Below, piece by piece: positions 10,643 to 21,160 of a stretch of 64,000 nucleotides of DNA. Each line of letters starts with the position of its first letter. Within the stretch, counting starts at the first letter, position 1. Under the pieces are notes generated by a model, which ran no database searches, had not been told where the DNA came from, and saw nothing but the letters and a program-made list of their open reading frames with translations. The DNA comes from a virus (Duplodnaviria; Caudoviricetes). A program made the position numbers and the translations under genes. The DNA lies in the IMG/VR virus record IMGVR_UViG_2706795240_000001, positions 13,780-77,779 of that record. One strand, given 5' to 3'.

Positions 10643-13225
10643 ATGGGTAGATATTACTGGCGACCCAATGTTGCGGCAGCCGTAGATTACGGAAATGTCG
10701 ATACTGACGGAAGCGGAACAGTATTGGGGGATAACTCTGATTCTACGCGAAAGAAGTATTTCGATGACTCGGGTTCAATCCTTACCTTTAATCTGCCCTC
10801 CCCGTCGGTGATCCCACTCGGTCGCGAAATTATCGCGGTCCGAGTGGGTCACCGGCAGGTGAATGATCTTCTGCTTTTTAATGGCTGGCCGCGTAGCTAC
10901 TTGCGTATTAATGGCAAGGCTCAGGCAAATACGGTCGCATACAAGCAGGACGGTTATTCCGGTTCCGCTCGTGAGATTCTTGGTGCAGCTCTTTATAACA
11001 AGAATCTTGCTCCGTGGAGTTGGGCAGACTGTGACACAATGGGCGCAGAGACCGGTGCAGCCAAGGGTGAAATTGGTCCCAATAAGGGCAATCGCTGGTG
11101 CATCGCAACCGAGGTGTTCATTCAGCTTGTTTATAACGATCCCGTGCCAGTTCCATCGGCACCCTACCCGGCGAATAATGAAAACATCAACACGAGTTCT
11201 GTTCAGTTTTCTGCTAAGGCCCCTGCGTCTCAGAGTGAACAGCCAGTACGCACAGTTTTTCAAGTCAGTAGAGTTAACACTTTTGACGACGATGATGTTC
11301 GCACTTTTGTTGGTGGCTTGAATGATAAAACTGCATCCGATTCTCGAAGCTATTATGTCAGCGATCCGCTGGCAGGCGACGGATCGAGCTACACAAATCT
11401 CGGACCTGGTACTTGGTTTATGCGTATCAAGAACCGAGATTTCCGTAACTCGGAATCGGCATGGGGTGCCACAACATCTTTTAATATTGTTCACGGACCT
11501 TTGCCTGGTGCGACGCTTATCGATCCTGTTCGAGACAGTGTAATCAACTCTCCGTATAAGATGCGTGGCGCTCGAATTGCAACACAGCCTCAAGGTGGCC
11601 GAAGGGTCGGTGTTACGTGGCAGTTTGCAACGGATGAAAATTTCACCGAGAACGTAGTTCAGTGGACTAATTCATCCGGCGGAACGTTCGTAGCAAATGT
11701 CGACAACCCGTTCGATATTTACTACGACCCTAAGCCAAGGCCGGAAACGGAAAGCGGCAAGCATGGTCCGACTGTGGGTGTTGACGATCCGACGCAATAT
11801 CTAAAGCAGGGCATCTGGTACGGAAGGGTGCGAGCCACCGATGTATATGGACAGTCCGGCACCTGGTCGGGTTCGCTTCCATTTACAGTGACTCATCCCC
11901 CGGTTCCGAGGGATTTGATTCCAACCGGCGGCGTGTCATTTGACCAGGCGGAAGCTCCTGTTAAATGGCAATTTGGTGATCCGTGGACAGAGGATTATCA
12001 GACTAGTTACCGTATGCGCGTGTACGACCAGAGTAATAACCTGGTGCAGGATACGGACAAAACGGTTTCCGGTTTGTCCAGAGCTACAATGTCCGTCCCT
12101 GGCACTCTGCATCGACAAATGCTGACGATCGCAGTTGATATCTGGGATGCGGATGATATTCCGTCGGCCTCGGTCAATCAGTTGGTCGGCATCTGTCGTT
12201 TGAGCACCGCGCCGCAGACGACGCTTACGTTCCCTGGAATTGACGAGACCATTGTTTCTGGTCAGCCTAATTTCACCTGGACTAGCGTGTTCGCCGCTGC
12301 CGGTATCATGCAGAAGAGTTTTCAGATCAAAGTCAAGGAAATTGCCACCGGAAAGCAGGTGTACGATTCTGGCGTTATAATTACGTCTGCCGAATCACAT
12401 ATGCCGACCAGGCCGATCTTGAAAAATCTGTTTGGCTACCAGGTCGCACTTACTGTTGTTGATTCCGAGAATCTTGGCAAGACGATCTATCAGAATTTTG
12501 CTACGAATTTCGAGCGTCCAGAGATTGTGGTTGCAACTGAGGATCATTCGAGTTATATGTCCGAAGGATATGTAACGGTGAATTGGCCCTCAGGCAATCC
12601 CGATCCATTCTTCAAGGAATGGCGCATTTATCGGAAGCGTGCTGATGAAACTGATGATCAATACATTCTTGCAGGTGTTGTTAATGACAGTAGCGTGAAG
12701 ACGTTTGATGATTGGTTGATCGCAGGAAACGATAACTTCGTTTACTCGGTCGTTCAGGTTGCGTATCGATTCGGCTCTCCGGTTGAATCGGAACACAACC
12801 CCACAGCCCAATTCTATGTATATTCGGAGAATTACTGGCTCATCGTTGAGGATAAGCCTGAGCTGAATATTAGGGTTGCAATCTCTGCGGATCGGTACAC
12901 CGACAACAGGGAAATGGCTGACTACAATATCATCAATGGTGGTCGTCGTCGTGCATATGGTACCAAGTACGGCAAGTCCGGTAACCTGACAGCAAAGATT
13001 CGACACTCGAATGGAATGTCGGCAAGCATGTTTATTCGCAAGATGGGCATGGTCGCAGACAATAACCACTCGGTTTACATGCGTGATCCATTTGGTGGAG
13101 TGACGCTAATTGGATTGGGTGAGCTGAGCTTTGATCGGCTTGCCGGTGTCGGCGAAAGTGAATACGGGGACCTGGACATTCCATACATTGAAGTTGGTAG
13201 GCCCGACTTTAATGTTCCGCAATAG
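10643..13225 (+). CDS. Minor tail protein (beta-rich, Fn3/Ig-like modules; possible distal tail protein)
   Basis: 860 aa directly after the tape measure gene, with repeated beta-sandwich-like segments (e.g. WFMRIKNRD, WYGRVRATD...WS). Confidence 0.75.
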   Translation: MGRYYWRPNVAAAVDYGNVDTDGSGTVLGDNSDSTRKKYFDDSGSILTFNLPSPSVIPLGREIIAVRVGHRQVNDLLLFNGWPRSYLRINGKAQANTVAYKQDGYSGSAREILGAALYNKNLAPWSWADCDTMGAETGAAKGEIGPNKGNRWCIATEVFIQLVYNDPVPVPSAPYPANNENINTSSVQFSAKAPASQSEQPVRTVFQVSRVNTFDDDDVRTFVGGLNDKTASDSRSYYVSDPLAGDGSSYTNLGPGTWFMRIKNRDFRNSESAWGATTSFNIVHGPLPGATLIDPVRDSVINSPYKMRGARIATQPQGGRRVGVTWQFATDENFTENVVQWTNSSGGTFVANVDNPFDIYYDPKPRPETESGKHGPTVGVDDPTQYLKQGIWYGRVRATDVYGQSGTWSGSLPFTVTHPPVPRDLIPTGGVSFDQAEAPVKWQFGDPWTEDYQTSYRMRVYDQSNNLVQDTDKTVSGLSRATMSVPGTLHRQMLTIAVDIWDADDIPSASVNQLVGICRLSTAPQTTLTFPGIDETIVSGQPNFTWTSVFAAAGIMQKSFQIKVKEIATGKQVYDSGVIITSAESHMPTRPILKNLFGYQVALTVVDSENLGKTIYQNFATNFERPEIVVATEDHSSYMSEGYVTVNWPSGNPDPFFKEWRIYRKRADETDDQYILAGVVNDSSVKTFDDWLIAGNDNFVYSVVQVAYRFGSPVESEHNPTAQFYVYSENYWLIVEDKPELNIRVAISADRYTDNREMADYNIINGGRRRAYGTKYGKSGNLTAKIRHSNGMSASMFIRKMGMVADNNHSVYMRDPFGGVTLIGLGELSFDRLAGVGESEYGDLDIPYIEVGRPDFNVPQ

Positions 13226-13233
13226 GAGTCAAA

Positions 13234-14973
13234 ATGCCTTACCCGCCGAATCGCCTTATTGAAGAGGCATTTCTCGCTCCAACCGTCGAAGTTATTCGAC
13301 GGGTCGAGATTTACGAGTACGACGGCGAGACGCCCTGGAAACCTGAATTGTGGCCTTACATCCTGGTCGGAGGAAATGTTAATGTTTCCTCCGACCAGGA
13401 TTCTCGGCGTTCTGCCGATTTTGAATTCTACAATGAGGGCGGGGAACTCACACCAGAGGCCGGTAAATTCTGGTACGATAAAATCATTAAAGCCTATTAC
13501 GGTATCGTGACTCACAAGGAAAACGAGGGTCGCGAACCTAGCATTATTATTATCGAAGAAGAGTCGGCACTTAATCAGGGCGTCATGCTTAAAAAGCTGC
13601 TGTCCGAGGCTGGCGTTCATTTCGTAGAATACAACCCATTGATTGATACGCTGGCGGAAGTACAGGATTACGATATTCTCGTGTCCATCAGCGGAGACTA
13701 CACGCGTAAATTGCCGCTGTTGACCGCTGCATACACTGCCGGTAAGTCGGTCCTGACGTTTGGCCTTAACTCAACCGCTGCCCAACTACCCCTGTTGATC
13801 ACCAGCACCTCAGCGGTGCGATCTGGGGACGATGCGCGGCACTTCGAGAACGCGGGGGCCGCCGACCCGGCGTCGGCAGGCTGGGACTCGTGGAATGTGG
13901 CCACGCCGGGGAGCTATCGGCCCATCGTGGCCACGCCGGGGGTCACGGTCGCGCTGGAGCAGCGTAATTCGTTCGGACTTGGGGCGGTACTTCGCGAGGG
14001 CGCAGAAACCGGCGTATGGATTCATACGCAAATGGCCAAGTTCGATAATTCAGTGTTCGCCGATCCTTCTGATCGCGAAGGCTTTATCGAGTATCTTGCA
14101 GCCATTGTTAATCGGGCAGACACGTACGATATTGAGAAGAACTGGGAAGCACAGGTTGGCGAATTCATCCCCGAGGCAATCTCGGACGGTGGAGACGTAA
14201 TCACGAATACAATCACGGTTACGGCCAGGGATTATGCAAAGCGTTGCCAGAGCAGCAAGCTGGCTAAGGCAACTCTTTTTCCCGCCGATCAGAGCATCAT
14301 TGAGATCATCAAGGCTCTGGCGAATAACTCGAACGTATTCAAGACCAGGTTGCCAGAGACGCTGAATATCAAGCTCGGCAAGGACACGACCTATGAACGG
14401 GACCAGGATAGATGGACCGTAATGAAGGAAATTGCCGTTGCGAACAATATGGATTTGTGGTTTGACAACGAGGGCTATCTCCGTCTTACGCCACAGAATG
14501 ATCCGTTGTTGACTCCGGCTACACTTCAATTAACAACCGGTGATCGAGGAAACTTGATTTCTCGTGGCAGGAAAACTTCTGATGCCGGACTGTTCAATCA
14601 TGTGACAGTAGTTGGCGAAAGCTCCGACAAGAGTGTTCCTCTGGTTTTTGGTGAGGCGGCGAATAATGATCCGCTGTCGCCAAGTTCAATTCAGAGAATT
14701 GGTTGGCGAACAAAGAACATTTCTTCTCCGCTTATTACTAGCGATCAGCAGGCGCAGGAGATTGCGAATACTATGCTATCGGTCTCGTCGCTAGAGGAAT
14801 TTGAACTCGACTTTTCGAGCATTCTTTTCCCGTGGGTAGAGGCTGGCGAAATTCTAGAAATGAACGAAGACATTGCAGGCTGGGCACCGGCGAGGTATTT
14901 GATTACATCGTTGACCCTGCCTTTTGATCTTTCTCCGATGACGGGAACAGGAAAGCGGGTGACCAAGCTATGA
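13234..14973 (+). CDS. Minor tail protein (hub/baseplate-like)
   Basis: 579 aa in the tail module. The C-terminal half has the DRWTVMKEIA...WFDNEG and NHVTVVGE pattern of siphophage hub proteins. Confidence 0.75.
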   Translation: MPYPPNRLIEEAFLAPTVEVIRRVEIYEYDGETPWKPELWPYILVGGNVNVSSDQDSRRSADFEFYNEGGELTPEAGKFWYDKIIKAYYGIVTHKENEGREPSIIIIEEESALNQGVMLKKLLSEAGVHFVEYNPLIDTLAEVQDYDILVSISGDYTRKLPLLTAAYTAGKSVLTFGLNSTAAQLPLLITSTSAVRSGDDARHFENAGAADPASAGWDSWNVATPGSYRPIVATPGVTVALEQRNSFGLGAVLREGAETGVWIHTQMAKFDNSVFADPSDREGFIEYLAAIVNRADTYDIEKNWEAQVGEFIPEAISDGGDVITNTITVTARDYAKRCQSSKLAKATLFPADQSIIEIIKALANNSNVFKTRLPETLNIKLGKDTTYERDQDRWTVMKEIAVANNMDLWFDNEGYLRLTPQNDPLLTPATLQLTTGDRGNLISRGRKTSDAGLFNHVTVVGESSDKSVPLVFGEAANNDPLSPSSIQRIGWRTKNISSPLITSDQQAQEIANTMLSVSSLEEFELDFSSILFPWVEAGEILEMNEDIAGWAPARYLITSLTLPFDLSPMTGTGKRVTKL

Positions 14974-17714
14974 GTGGACTTGCTGATCTATATACAGCTC
15001 AACAAATCGACAGATACATTGACGAGAAGATCGCCAATGGACTAATTAAACAGCGACCCGCACCTAAGTATGCAATTGTCAAGTCGATTGATACCGAGGC
15101 GTCGATTGCCGAAGTCTCGTACATCGGTGAAGATTCGGTTGTTAAGGTTCCGTTCGGCGTAGCTGCTCCGAGTGAAATTGGTCAAGAGGTGCGCATTGAG
15201 GGAGTGCCCGGTGATCGATTTATCGCGTCTGTTCGTGGAACCACTGCTGTAGAGCAGGGGATTTCAGATAACGCCGATCAGATCGAGGTCAATAAGCAGG
15301 ATATTACTGACGCGCTTCTTGGGACATACGAGGGCGACGATCCTATTTTGAGTCAGCTCATGGGCTGGGCGGGATCGATCGGTCAGGACGTTTCTTTTGA
15401 CGCATTGCTTGCCGCGCTTAAGGGCGAATATACTGGCGAAAATCCGGTCCTGATTGCAATTCAGAATGTCACCAAGCCGATTCGCATCATCTTTGATGGT
15501 GCCGGTCTTATTCCTGACTGGCTTCTGCCTGGAATTTCTATTGGCAAGTTGACCGATAATTCGGTGAACCTCATTGCCGATGGTGCGTTTCAGTTGCCCC
15601 CGCCGACCAGCAACCCAGCCGGTAGTTGGTATCACTCGGAGACCGGCGGTCGCGGAGATACCGGTGCGGCGGCATTTGATGCAAATGGAACAGCGGAAGA
15701 GATTCTTTCTGCTCCGATTCCGAGTGCAGATGATTTGACGTTCATTGGATATGCCAGGACAGAGGGCGCATACGCTCCAGGCAGCGGTGACACATTTGTC
15801 GTCACCGGATACGCCTATGATGGAGCAAACGTCCTGGTCGAAACGAAGACGCTGGTCTCCGGTCGCCCCGGGGACGCGTGGATGGAATTTTCCGGAACGT
15901 GGAATCCAACTTCGTCTGCCACGAATATTGTTCTTGGACTTAAGGCCACTTCTGTCCTACAGTCAGGAACAATTTTTGTTGATGATGCTCGTCTCAGCCG
16001 TCCGCAAAGCATTCCGCAAGCGTGGGTTCAAAACCTTCTCGATGATTTGCAGGGAATGTTCGGATGGATCGAGACGCTTGTCGACAATCTTTTGGGCAGC
16101 TTCGGGCTTCCGGCAATTGGTGATCTATTCGATAGGATCATCGATCTTGGTGACGAGATAGCCGACTTCTTCGGCCTCGGCCAGGACACGGCAGGCGGAC
16201 TAGATACGCTGATCGATAAGCTGCTTCACAACCCTCTGGAGGCTTTGGGTCAAATTCCGCAGAGTCTTGTTACAGGGCTGAATACCGCTTTGAACAATGC
16301 CAACAACTTCATTCAGAACGTGATTAATGTCATCATTCAGGGCATCAAGAAGGTTCCGATTGTCGGAGGCTCAATTGCAAATTTGCTTGAAGCTGTTACC
16401 GGTCTGACAAATACTGTCGAGACTACTGAAACGAATGTCACGATTGTTCAAACTCAGGTTACTGCTGTCCAGGAAGTTTTTTCGGTTACGTCGACAAAGC
16501 CGCTGTGGACCTGTTTGGACCCTACTGCGGACTCGTCGTTTCCGTTGGCGGAACTTCGTCAGCCGGTTCCGCATACTCACACGTACGGTGAGGGTAGTTT
16601 CCCGTCAACAAAGACTTCCGGCTCTAGCGGTATCTTTGAATTTAATGTGACTGGAACTCAGTTCGTTGGAGCCAATATTCGCGTTGGTGAATCTGGCGTT
16701 AGGGATCAAATTAGCATCATGGCCCGTCGAACGGGAACCGTGAATGACTTTTATGGTTATGCCTTCAAGATGAATCCGGACGGCAGCTTTACGCACTTGA
16801 CGGTTACCGCAAATATGGCGTCTGATCTTACTACTGCAAGCTCGTGGATTACGTCGCAGTTCGATCAGCAGGTTATTGTTGAGCCTGGGGATACTATTCT
16901 GATAATCTTCTCCGGAAGTGGAACCGTTAGTATCATGGGAATCCAGACGGTTTTTCCGTCTATTGTCACCGGATTTAGGCCGCGCCAGATTGGATTCGAC
17001 ATTGGAGCGGGAGGTGTTGTTTCTGACCCCAGTGGAAATCCATTTATCAGTACAATCAACGCCGACTCTGCGTACAGCCAGAAAACGCCTTACGTTGAAC
17101 TTGGTCGCGATATTGGACAGGCAGCAAAGCGCAGCTTCTTCGATAACTTCAATAGAAGCAGCCTCGGTAATAGTTGGCTTCTCGGTCGATATGACAGCCT
17201 GAATGGAACATCTGGTGGATCGAACCTGACTATTAAGTCGAATAGGGTCGAGAACGTTAGCTCTCAGCTCACTCAGCAAAGAGCGTGGGGAATGTACACT
17301 GTTCCACTTTCCACTGATAACATTTCCTGTGAAGTTGATGTTACCGGCAATGATTCTCCAGAATGTGGGCTGATGGTTTGCGCTAGCTCCACTCAGGGCA
17401 ATTTCATGGCACTATCTGTTACGGAGTCCACGGCAGTTCTGGTTACCGCCAATGACCCCGCAGGAAATGGTGCATCGATTAAGAGTACGACCAGCAATGC
17501 CGGTGCCGGTCACTGGTCTTTGACGTATGATATTGCGGATAACACATTCCGTGCCTATAAGAATGGTACACAGGTAATGCAGTGGGTCGACTCTGGAAAT
17601 CAAATTAAGCACGGTCAGGGCCAGAGATTCTGCGGAATGTTCATTGACCACAAGATTTTTAATTCTGGACCAGCGCTAGATAATTGGCACGCTTACGATA
17701 TAGTGGAGGCATAA
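14970..17714 (+). CDS. Minor tail protein with carbohydrate-binding/ConA-like domains (probable receptor binding)
   Basis: 914 aa; ATGA overlap with the previous gene; NLIADGAF CBM-like segment; C-terminal FFDNFNRSSLG...W domain common in actinophage tail proteins. Confidence 0.75.
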   Translation: MSGLADLYTAQQIDRYIDEKIANGLIKQRPAPKYAIVKSIDTEASIAEVSYIGEDSVVKVPFGVAAPSEIGQEVRIEGVPGDRFIASVRGTTAVEQGISDNADQIEVNKQDITDALLGTYEGDDPILSQLMGWAGSIGQDVSFDALLAALKGEYTGENPVLIAIQNVTKPIRIIFDGAGLIPDWLLPGISIGKLTDNSVNLIADGAFQLPPPTSNPAGSWYHSETGGRGDTGAAAFDANGTAEEILSAPIPSADDLTFIGYARTEGAYAPGSGDTFVVTGYAYDGANVLVETKTLVSGRPGDAWMEFSGTWNPTSSATNIVLGLKATSVLQSGTIFVDDARLSRPQSIPQAWVQNLLDDLQGMFGWIETLVDNLLGSFGLPAIGDLFDRIIDLGDEIADFFGLGQDTAGGLDTLIDKLLHNPLEALGQIPQSLVTGLNTALNNANNFIQNVINVIIQGIKKVPIVGGSIANLLEAVTGLTNTVETTETNVTIVQTQVTAVQEVFSVTSTKPLWTCLDPTADSSFPLAELRQPVPHTHTYGEGSFPSTKTSGSSGIFEFNVTGTQFVGANIRVGESGVRDQISIMARRTGTVNDFYGYAFKMNPDGSFTHLTVTANMASDLTTASSWITSQFDQQVIVEPGDTILIIFSGSGTVSIMGIQTVFPSIVTGFRPRQIGFDIGAGGVVSDPSGNPFISTINADSAYSQKTPYVELGRDIGQAAKRSFFDNFNRSSLGNSWLLGRYDSLNGTSGGSNLTIKSNRVENVSSQLTQQRAWGMYTVPLSTDNISCEVDVTGNDSPECGLMVCASSTQGNFMALSVTESTAVLVTANDPAGNGASIKSTTSNAGAGHWSLTYDIADNTFRAYKNGTQVMQWVDSGNQIKHGQGQRFCGMFIDHKIFNSGPALDNWHAYDIVEA

Positions 17715-17715
17715 A

Positions 17716-19437
17716 ATGACAGCTCCGTGGTACTCCAGAGGCCCGAAGGGCGACAAAGGAGACAAGGGCGATACCGGAACCGGCGTCCAGGGTCCGCCCG
17801 GTCCTGCAAACGTGCTCACTGCTGGCCCGGTAACAACGCTTGCTCCCGGCGAGGATGCAGCTATTGATCTGGTTACTACTAGTCCCGGTAACCAGCGACT
17901 TGACGCATCTATTCCACGCGGGGCAAAGGGTGACAAGGGTGATCAGGGAAATGTCGGTCCGGCTAGCGCGCTCTCGTTGGGCACGACTAATACCGGCGCT
18001 CCTGGAACAAATGCCATTGTTGAATTGAGTGGCAGTGCTCCGTCTCAGGTTATCTCATTCACCATTCCACGAGGCAGCAAGGGTGATCAGGGAAATCAGG
18101 GTGATATAGGTCCGGAGGGGCCGCGAGGCTACGGCTATTTTGCTAATGCAGGTGTGCCAACTGTTACCGAGCCAAGCGGACCGCCTGATGACGACCTTGT
18201 CTGGTATCTGGACACCATCACTGGTGAATTTTGGATTTGGGTAGAAACCACTCCTGGAACAAAAGCGTGGGTTCATCAGCCAGCTCGCGGAAGCCTAAAG
18301 GGCGCAAAGGGTGATCAGGGTCTCCCCGGCGGGAAGGGGGATAAGGGTGACCAGGGCGATCCTGGACCGGCGAATTCGCTTGCAATTGGAACGGTCACTG
18401 GACTTGGAACCGGGGCAACGCCTACCGCGAGCATTACCGGTGCCGCGCCGTCCCAGACCCTTAATTTGGGACTGCCTGCTGGCCCAAAGGGCGACAAGGG
18501 CGATAAGGGCGATCCTGGAGACGACGGGGAAGTGTCGGAGGCAATGCTTAACACGGCGGTCAATAATGCTGTGGCGGCATTGGTTGACGGCTCCCCCGCC
18601 GCGCTGGACACGCTAAATGAATTGGCAGCGGCTTTGGGCGATGATCCAAATTTCGCAACCACCATGACGAACGCTCTTGCGGAAAAGGTCGGGAATACAG
18701 ACAGCCGCTTGGCCGATAGCCGGACCCCTACCGACGGCTCGGTTACTCAGGCAAAGTTGGCTCCAAATGGCGGATTTTTCAACAAGCTAAATTTGAGTGA
18801 TCTTACTGCACCTGGTTACACATTTGGCAAGGGAAATTGGATCGTTGTCGATGACAGTGATCCAAATCCCGCAAATCACTTCATGATGTACATTGTGTAT
18901 GGAGCAAACCAGGGTGAGTCGCCTGGAGACGCTTCTGCGCGTGGGATTATGACTCCGGTAATTGTAAACGTAGGCTCTGCGCTTTCGTTTGCCAATGGCA
19001 CCATTGATGTCTTTGACAGTGGTATTACCTCTGCCAAGATCAACGGCGGTGCGGTAACAGCGGCCAAGATCGCTGGCGGAGTTCTTCCGATGGACATGTC
19101 ATTTATTGTGTTCGGCAAGGATACAACGCGAGCGGCGGGGACCGGCGATAATCCTTTTGGTCACAAGTTCCAGAGAAACGTAACGGTTCAGTCTGTAACG
19201 TTTCGATGCCTAACCGCTGATGCCTCTGGAAATCTGGTAGTCGAAATTTGCAAGAACGGAACAGCAGTAAGCGGAACGAATACCACGCTTTCGGCAGCCA
19301 ATCAGGTTGGCGGGGTTACCACCAGTGGCCTGTCTGCAACCTTTTCTGCTGGAGATATCATCACAATTCAGGTAACCGGCGTTGGCACCACTCCTGGCAA
19401 GGGTCTGGTCGCAGATATCAAGGCGGTTGCTTCATGA
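17716..19437 (+). CDS. Collagen-like tail fibre / minor tail protein
   Basis: Several G-X-Y blocks (GPKGDKGDKGD) and the tail-fibre motif LVDGSPAALDTLNELAAALGDDPNF. Confidence 0.85.
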   Translation: MTAPWYSRGPKGDKGDKGDTGTGVQGPPGPANVLTAGPVTTLAPGEDAAIDLVTTSPGNQRLDASIPRGAKGDKGDQGNVGPASALSLGTTNTGAPGTNAIVELSGSAPSQVISFTIPRGSKGDQGNQGDIGPEGPRGYGYFANAGVPTVTEPSGPPDDDLVWYLDTITGEFWIWVETTPGTKAWVHQPARGSLKGAKGDQGLPGGKGDKGDQGDPGPANSLAIGTVTGLGTGATPTASITGAAPSQTLNLGLPAGPKGDKGDKGDPGDDGEVSEAMLNTAVNNAVAALVDGSPAALDTLNELAAALGDDPNFATTMTNALAEKVGNTDSRLADSRTPTDGSVTQAKLAPNGGFFNKLNLSDLTAPGYTFGKGNWIVVDDSDPNPANHFMMYIVYGANQGESPGDASARGIMTPVIVNVGSALSFANGTIDVFDSGITSAKINGGAVTAAKIAGGVLPMDMSFIVFGKDTTRAAGTGDNPFGHKFQRNVTVQSVTFRCLTADASGNLVVEICKNGTAVSGTNTTLSAANQVGGVTTSGLSATFSAGDIITIQVTGVGTTPGKGLVADIKAVAS

Positions 19438-20021
19438 TCATCAGCTTCCCTCCAGCGGCGTCCGCGAGGCCGGTGTATGATAATTCGGCATCCACAAAGG
19501 GTGCGTACAATGGCGGATCGGTAACCCTGACTACTGCGGCAAATGCAACTTTAATCATTTACACACAGGGTGGAGCTTCATCTATTCCAAAGATCGACGG
19601 CATTGATGCGACCTTACTTGCAACATTTTCGTCTAATACTTATCGCCTTTGGCGATCGCCAATTGCTGGAATTACCGCTGGCTCACACACGATTACTGGC
19701 ACTGGGGACCTAAATGCAACCGCCGTCGGTTCTTACACTGGAGTTACGACGGTATCTGGGGCGGCAGTCAGCGGCCTGAGCGGGACAACCGCGTTTGCCG
19801 TTACTCCTACTGGGTCCGGAGTCGTTATTGTAGGCGCAGCCTTTGGAACAAGGATTGGGGACACTGGATTTGTTTCAAACGGAACCCAGAGAACCCTATC
19901 CAGAAATACGGTTCCATCCACGTCGGGCATAGTCCTGACCGACTCTGAGATTGCCACGCAGGCTTCATTCGGGGCGTCCAGTAGTGGTTCTTGGTATATC
20001 GGAGCAGTCTGGCTGTCATAA
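19434..20021 (+). CDS. Minor tail protein (Thr/Gly/Ser-rich beta protein)
   Basis: ATG 19434 overlaps the fibre stop (ATGA), a better start than the ORF-track 19248; last gene of the tail module. Confidence 0.65.
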   Translation: MIISFPPAASARPVYDNSASTKGAYNGGSVTLTTAANATLIIYTQGGASSIPKIDGIDATLLATFSSNTYRLWRSPIAGITAGSHTITGTGDLNATAVGSYTGVTTVSGAAVSGLSGTTAFAVTPTGSGVVIVGAAFGTRIGDTGFVSNGTQRTLSRNTVPSTSGIVLTDSEIATQASFGASSSGSWYIGAVWLS

Positions 20022-20025
20022 TAAT

Positions 20026-20075
20026 TGCCAGTCCACGGTAAATCCCCTTTGCTGGGGGCATACCGTGGACTGGCA
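20026..20075 (+). terminator. Hairpin between tail and lysis modules
   Basis: 15-bp perfect inverted repeat TGCCAGTCCACGGTA / TACCGTGGACTGGCA with an inner CCCC/GGGG stem; no U-tract. Confidence 0.55.
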
Positions 20076-20101
20076 CAACCAAGAGGGGATAGGCTGATCG
20101 C

Positions 20102-20803
20102 ATGACAAGAACGCTCATTGATTCGGGAGCGCGGATCGAGGCTGCCGGTATCAAGCGCGCTGGTCACGTCGGTTCGTTCGGCTATTTGAGCACGTCCCGA
20201 CCTGGAACATTTTTCAGCGGGAAACCCATTCGCCAGGATTGGGTTAACGACATGAATTCTCTTGGACTCATGATTGTTTCGTGCTGGCAATTCGGAAAGA
20301 ACGCGACTGCCGACTGGCGGCGCGGATTTAATGGTGGAGTAGCAGATGCAAAAGCCGCAGCACGCAAGCACCGTGAGCTTGGTGGGCCGGATGACGCCCC
20401 TATTTATTTCGCTGTTGATGACGATGTTAATCTTAGCGATTACCGCCTTTTCGTACGTCCTTACCTTCAAGGGGTTAACTCGGTTATTGGAGTTAATCGA
20501 ACCGGGGTGTACGGACATGACGAATGCGTGACATGGGCCGCTACTGATCAGCTTTTGGGTAAAACCCGCGACGGCTCGGGAAAGACTTTTGGCTGGCAAA
20601 CGCGCGCATGGTCGGAGGGCGATATCTCCCGATATGCCTGTGTCTATCAGCGAATCGTGGATACCGCATCGACACCGGGGCCGCCGATTGACGGCAACCC
20701 TACTGACGTGAACGACATGCTATGTGACGATATCGGCCAGTGGAATTACGGCGGCGGTAAGTGGAATGACATTCTTACTCAAATGCTCGGAACAAAGGAT
20801 TGA
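20102..20803 (+). CDS. Endolysin glycoside hydrolase subunit (DUF1906 / Rv2525c-like GH25 fold)
   Basis: GYLSTSRPG...GKP, IYFAVDDD, GVNRTGVYG and FGWQTRAWS motifs match the DUF1906 family. Confidence 0.85.
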   Translation: MTRTLIDSGARIEAAGIKRAGHVGSFGYLSTSRPGTFFSGKPIRQDWVNDMNSLGLMIVSCWQFGKNATADWRRGFNGGVADAKAAARKHRELGGPDDAPIYFAVDDDVNLSDYRLFVRPYLQGVNSVIGVNRTGVYGHDECVTWAATDQLLGKTRDGSGKTFGWQTRAWSEGDISRYACVYQRIVDTASTPGPPIDGNPTDVNDMLCDDIGQWNYGGGKWNDILTQMLGTKD

Positions 20804-20806
20804 GCA

Positions 20807-21160
20807 ATGCAGTATAAGCAATTCATTCTTGACGAACTCATGAGCGATGAACTCGCTGAAAAGGTCGAGAATGACGTAATCGATAATCTGCGCGCTAGCT
20901 TGGCGGCGGATGACGACCCGTCTAACGACGACCATGAAATCCTTATTACGCGGGGCGTCGGCGCTGACGCGAGTGGCCGGACCGGAACCTATATCATCGG
21001 CACCGTCGATGCTGAGCCGGAACCGTATCCGGAGGTTTCCCGTGAAGAGTATGAGATTTCCGAGGCAAAGCCAACGAAGTATATGGACAACGCTCCGACA
21101 GATTTCAACATTGATGATGATGGATATCTGACGCACATGCTTGGAAAGGTTCAGGGCTAA
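20807..21160 (+). CDS. Acidic hypothetical protein in the lysis cassette
   Basis: 117 aa, D/E-rich, translationally coupled to the amidase; ends in LTHMLG. Confidence 0.7.
   Translation: MQYKQFILDELMSDELAEKVENDVIDNLRASLAADDDPSNDDHEILITRGVGADASGRTGTYIIGTVDAEPEPYPEVSREEYEISEAKPTKYMDNAPTDFNIDDDGYLTHMLGKVQG

Noticed and set aside
14970-20021. Diversity-generating retroelement acting on tail genes
   Set aside because: No reverse transcriptase and no adenine-mismatched template/variable repeat pair was seen
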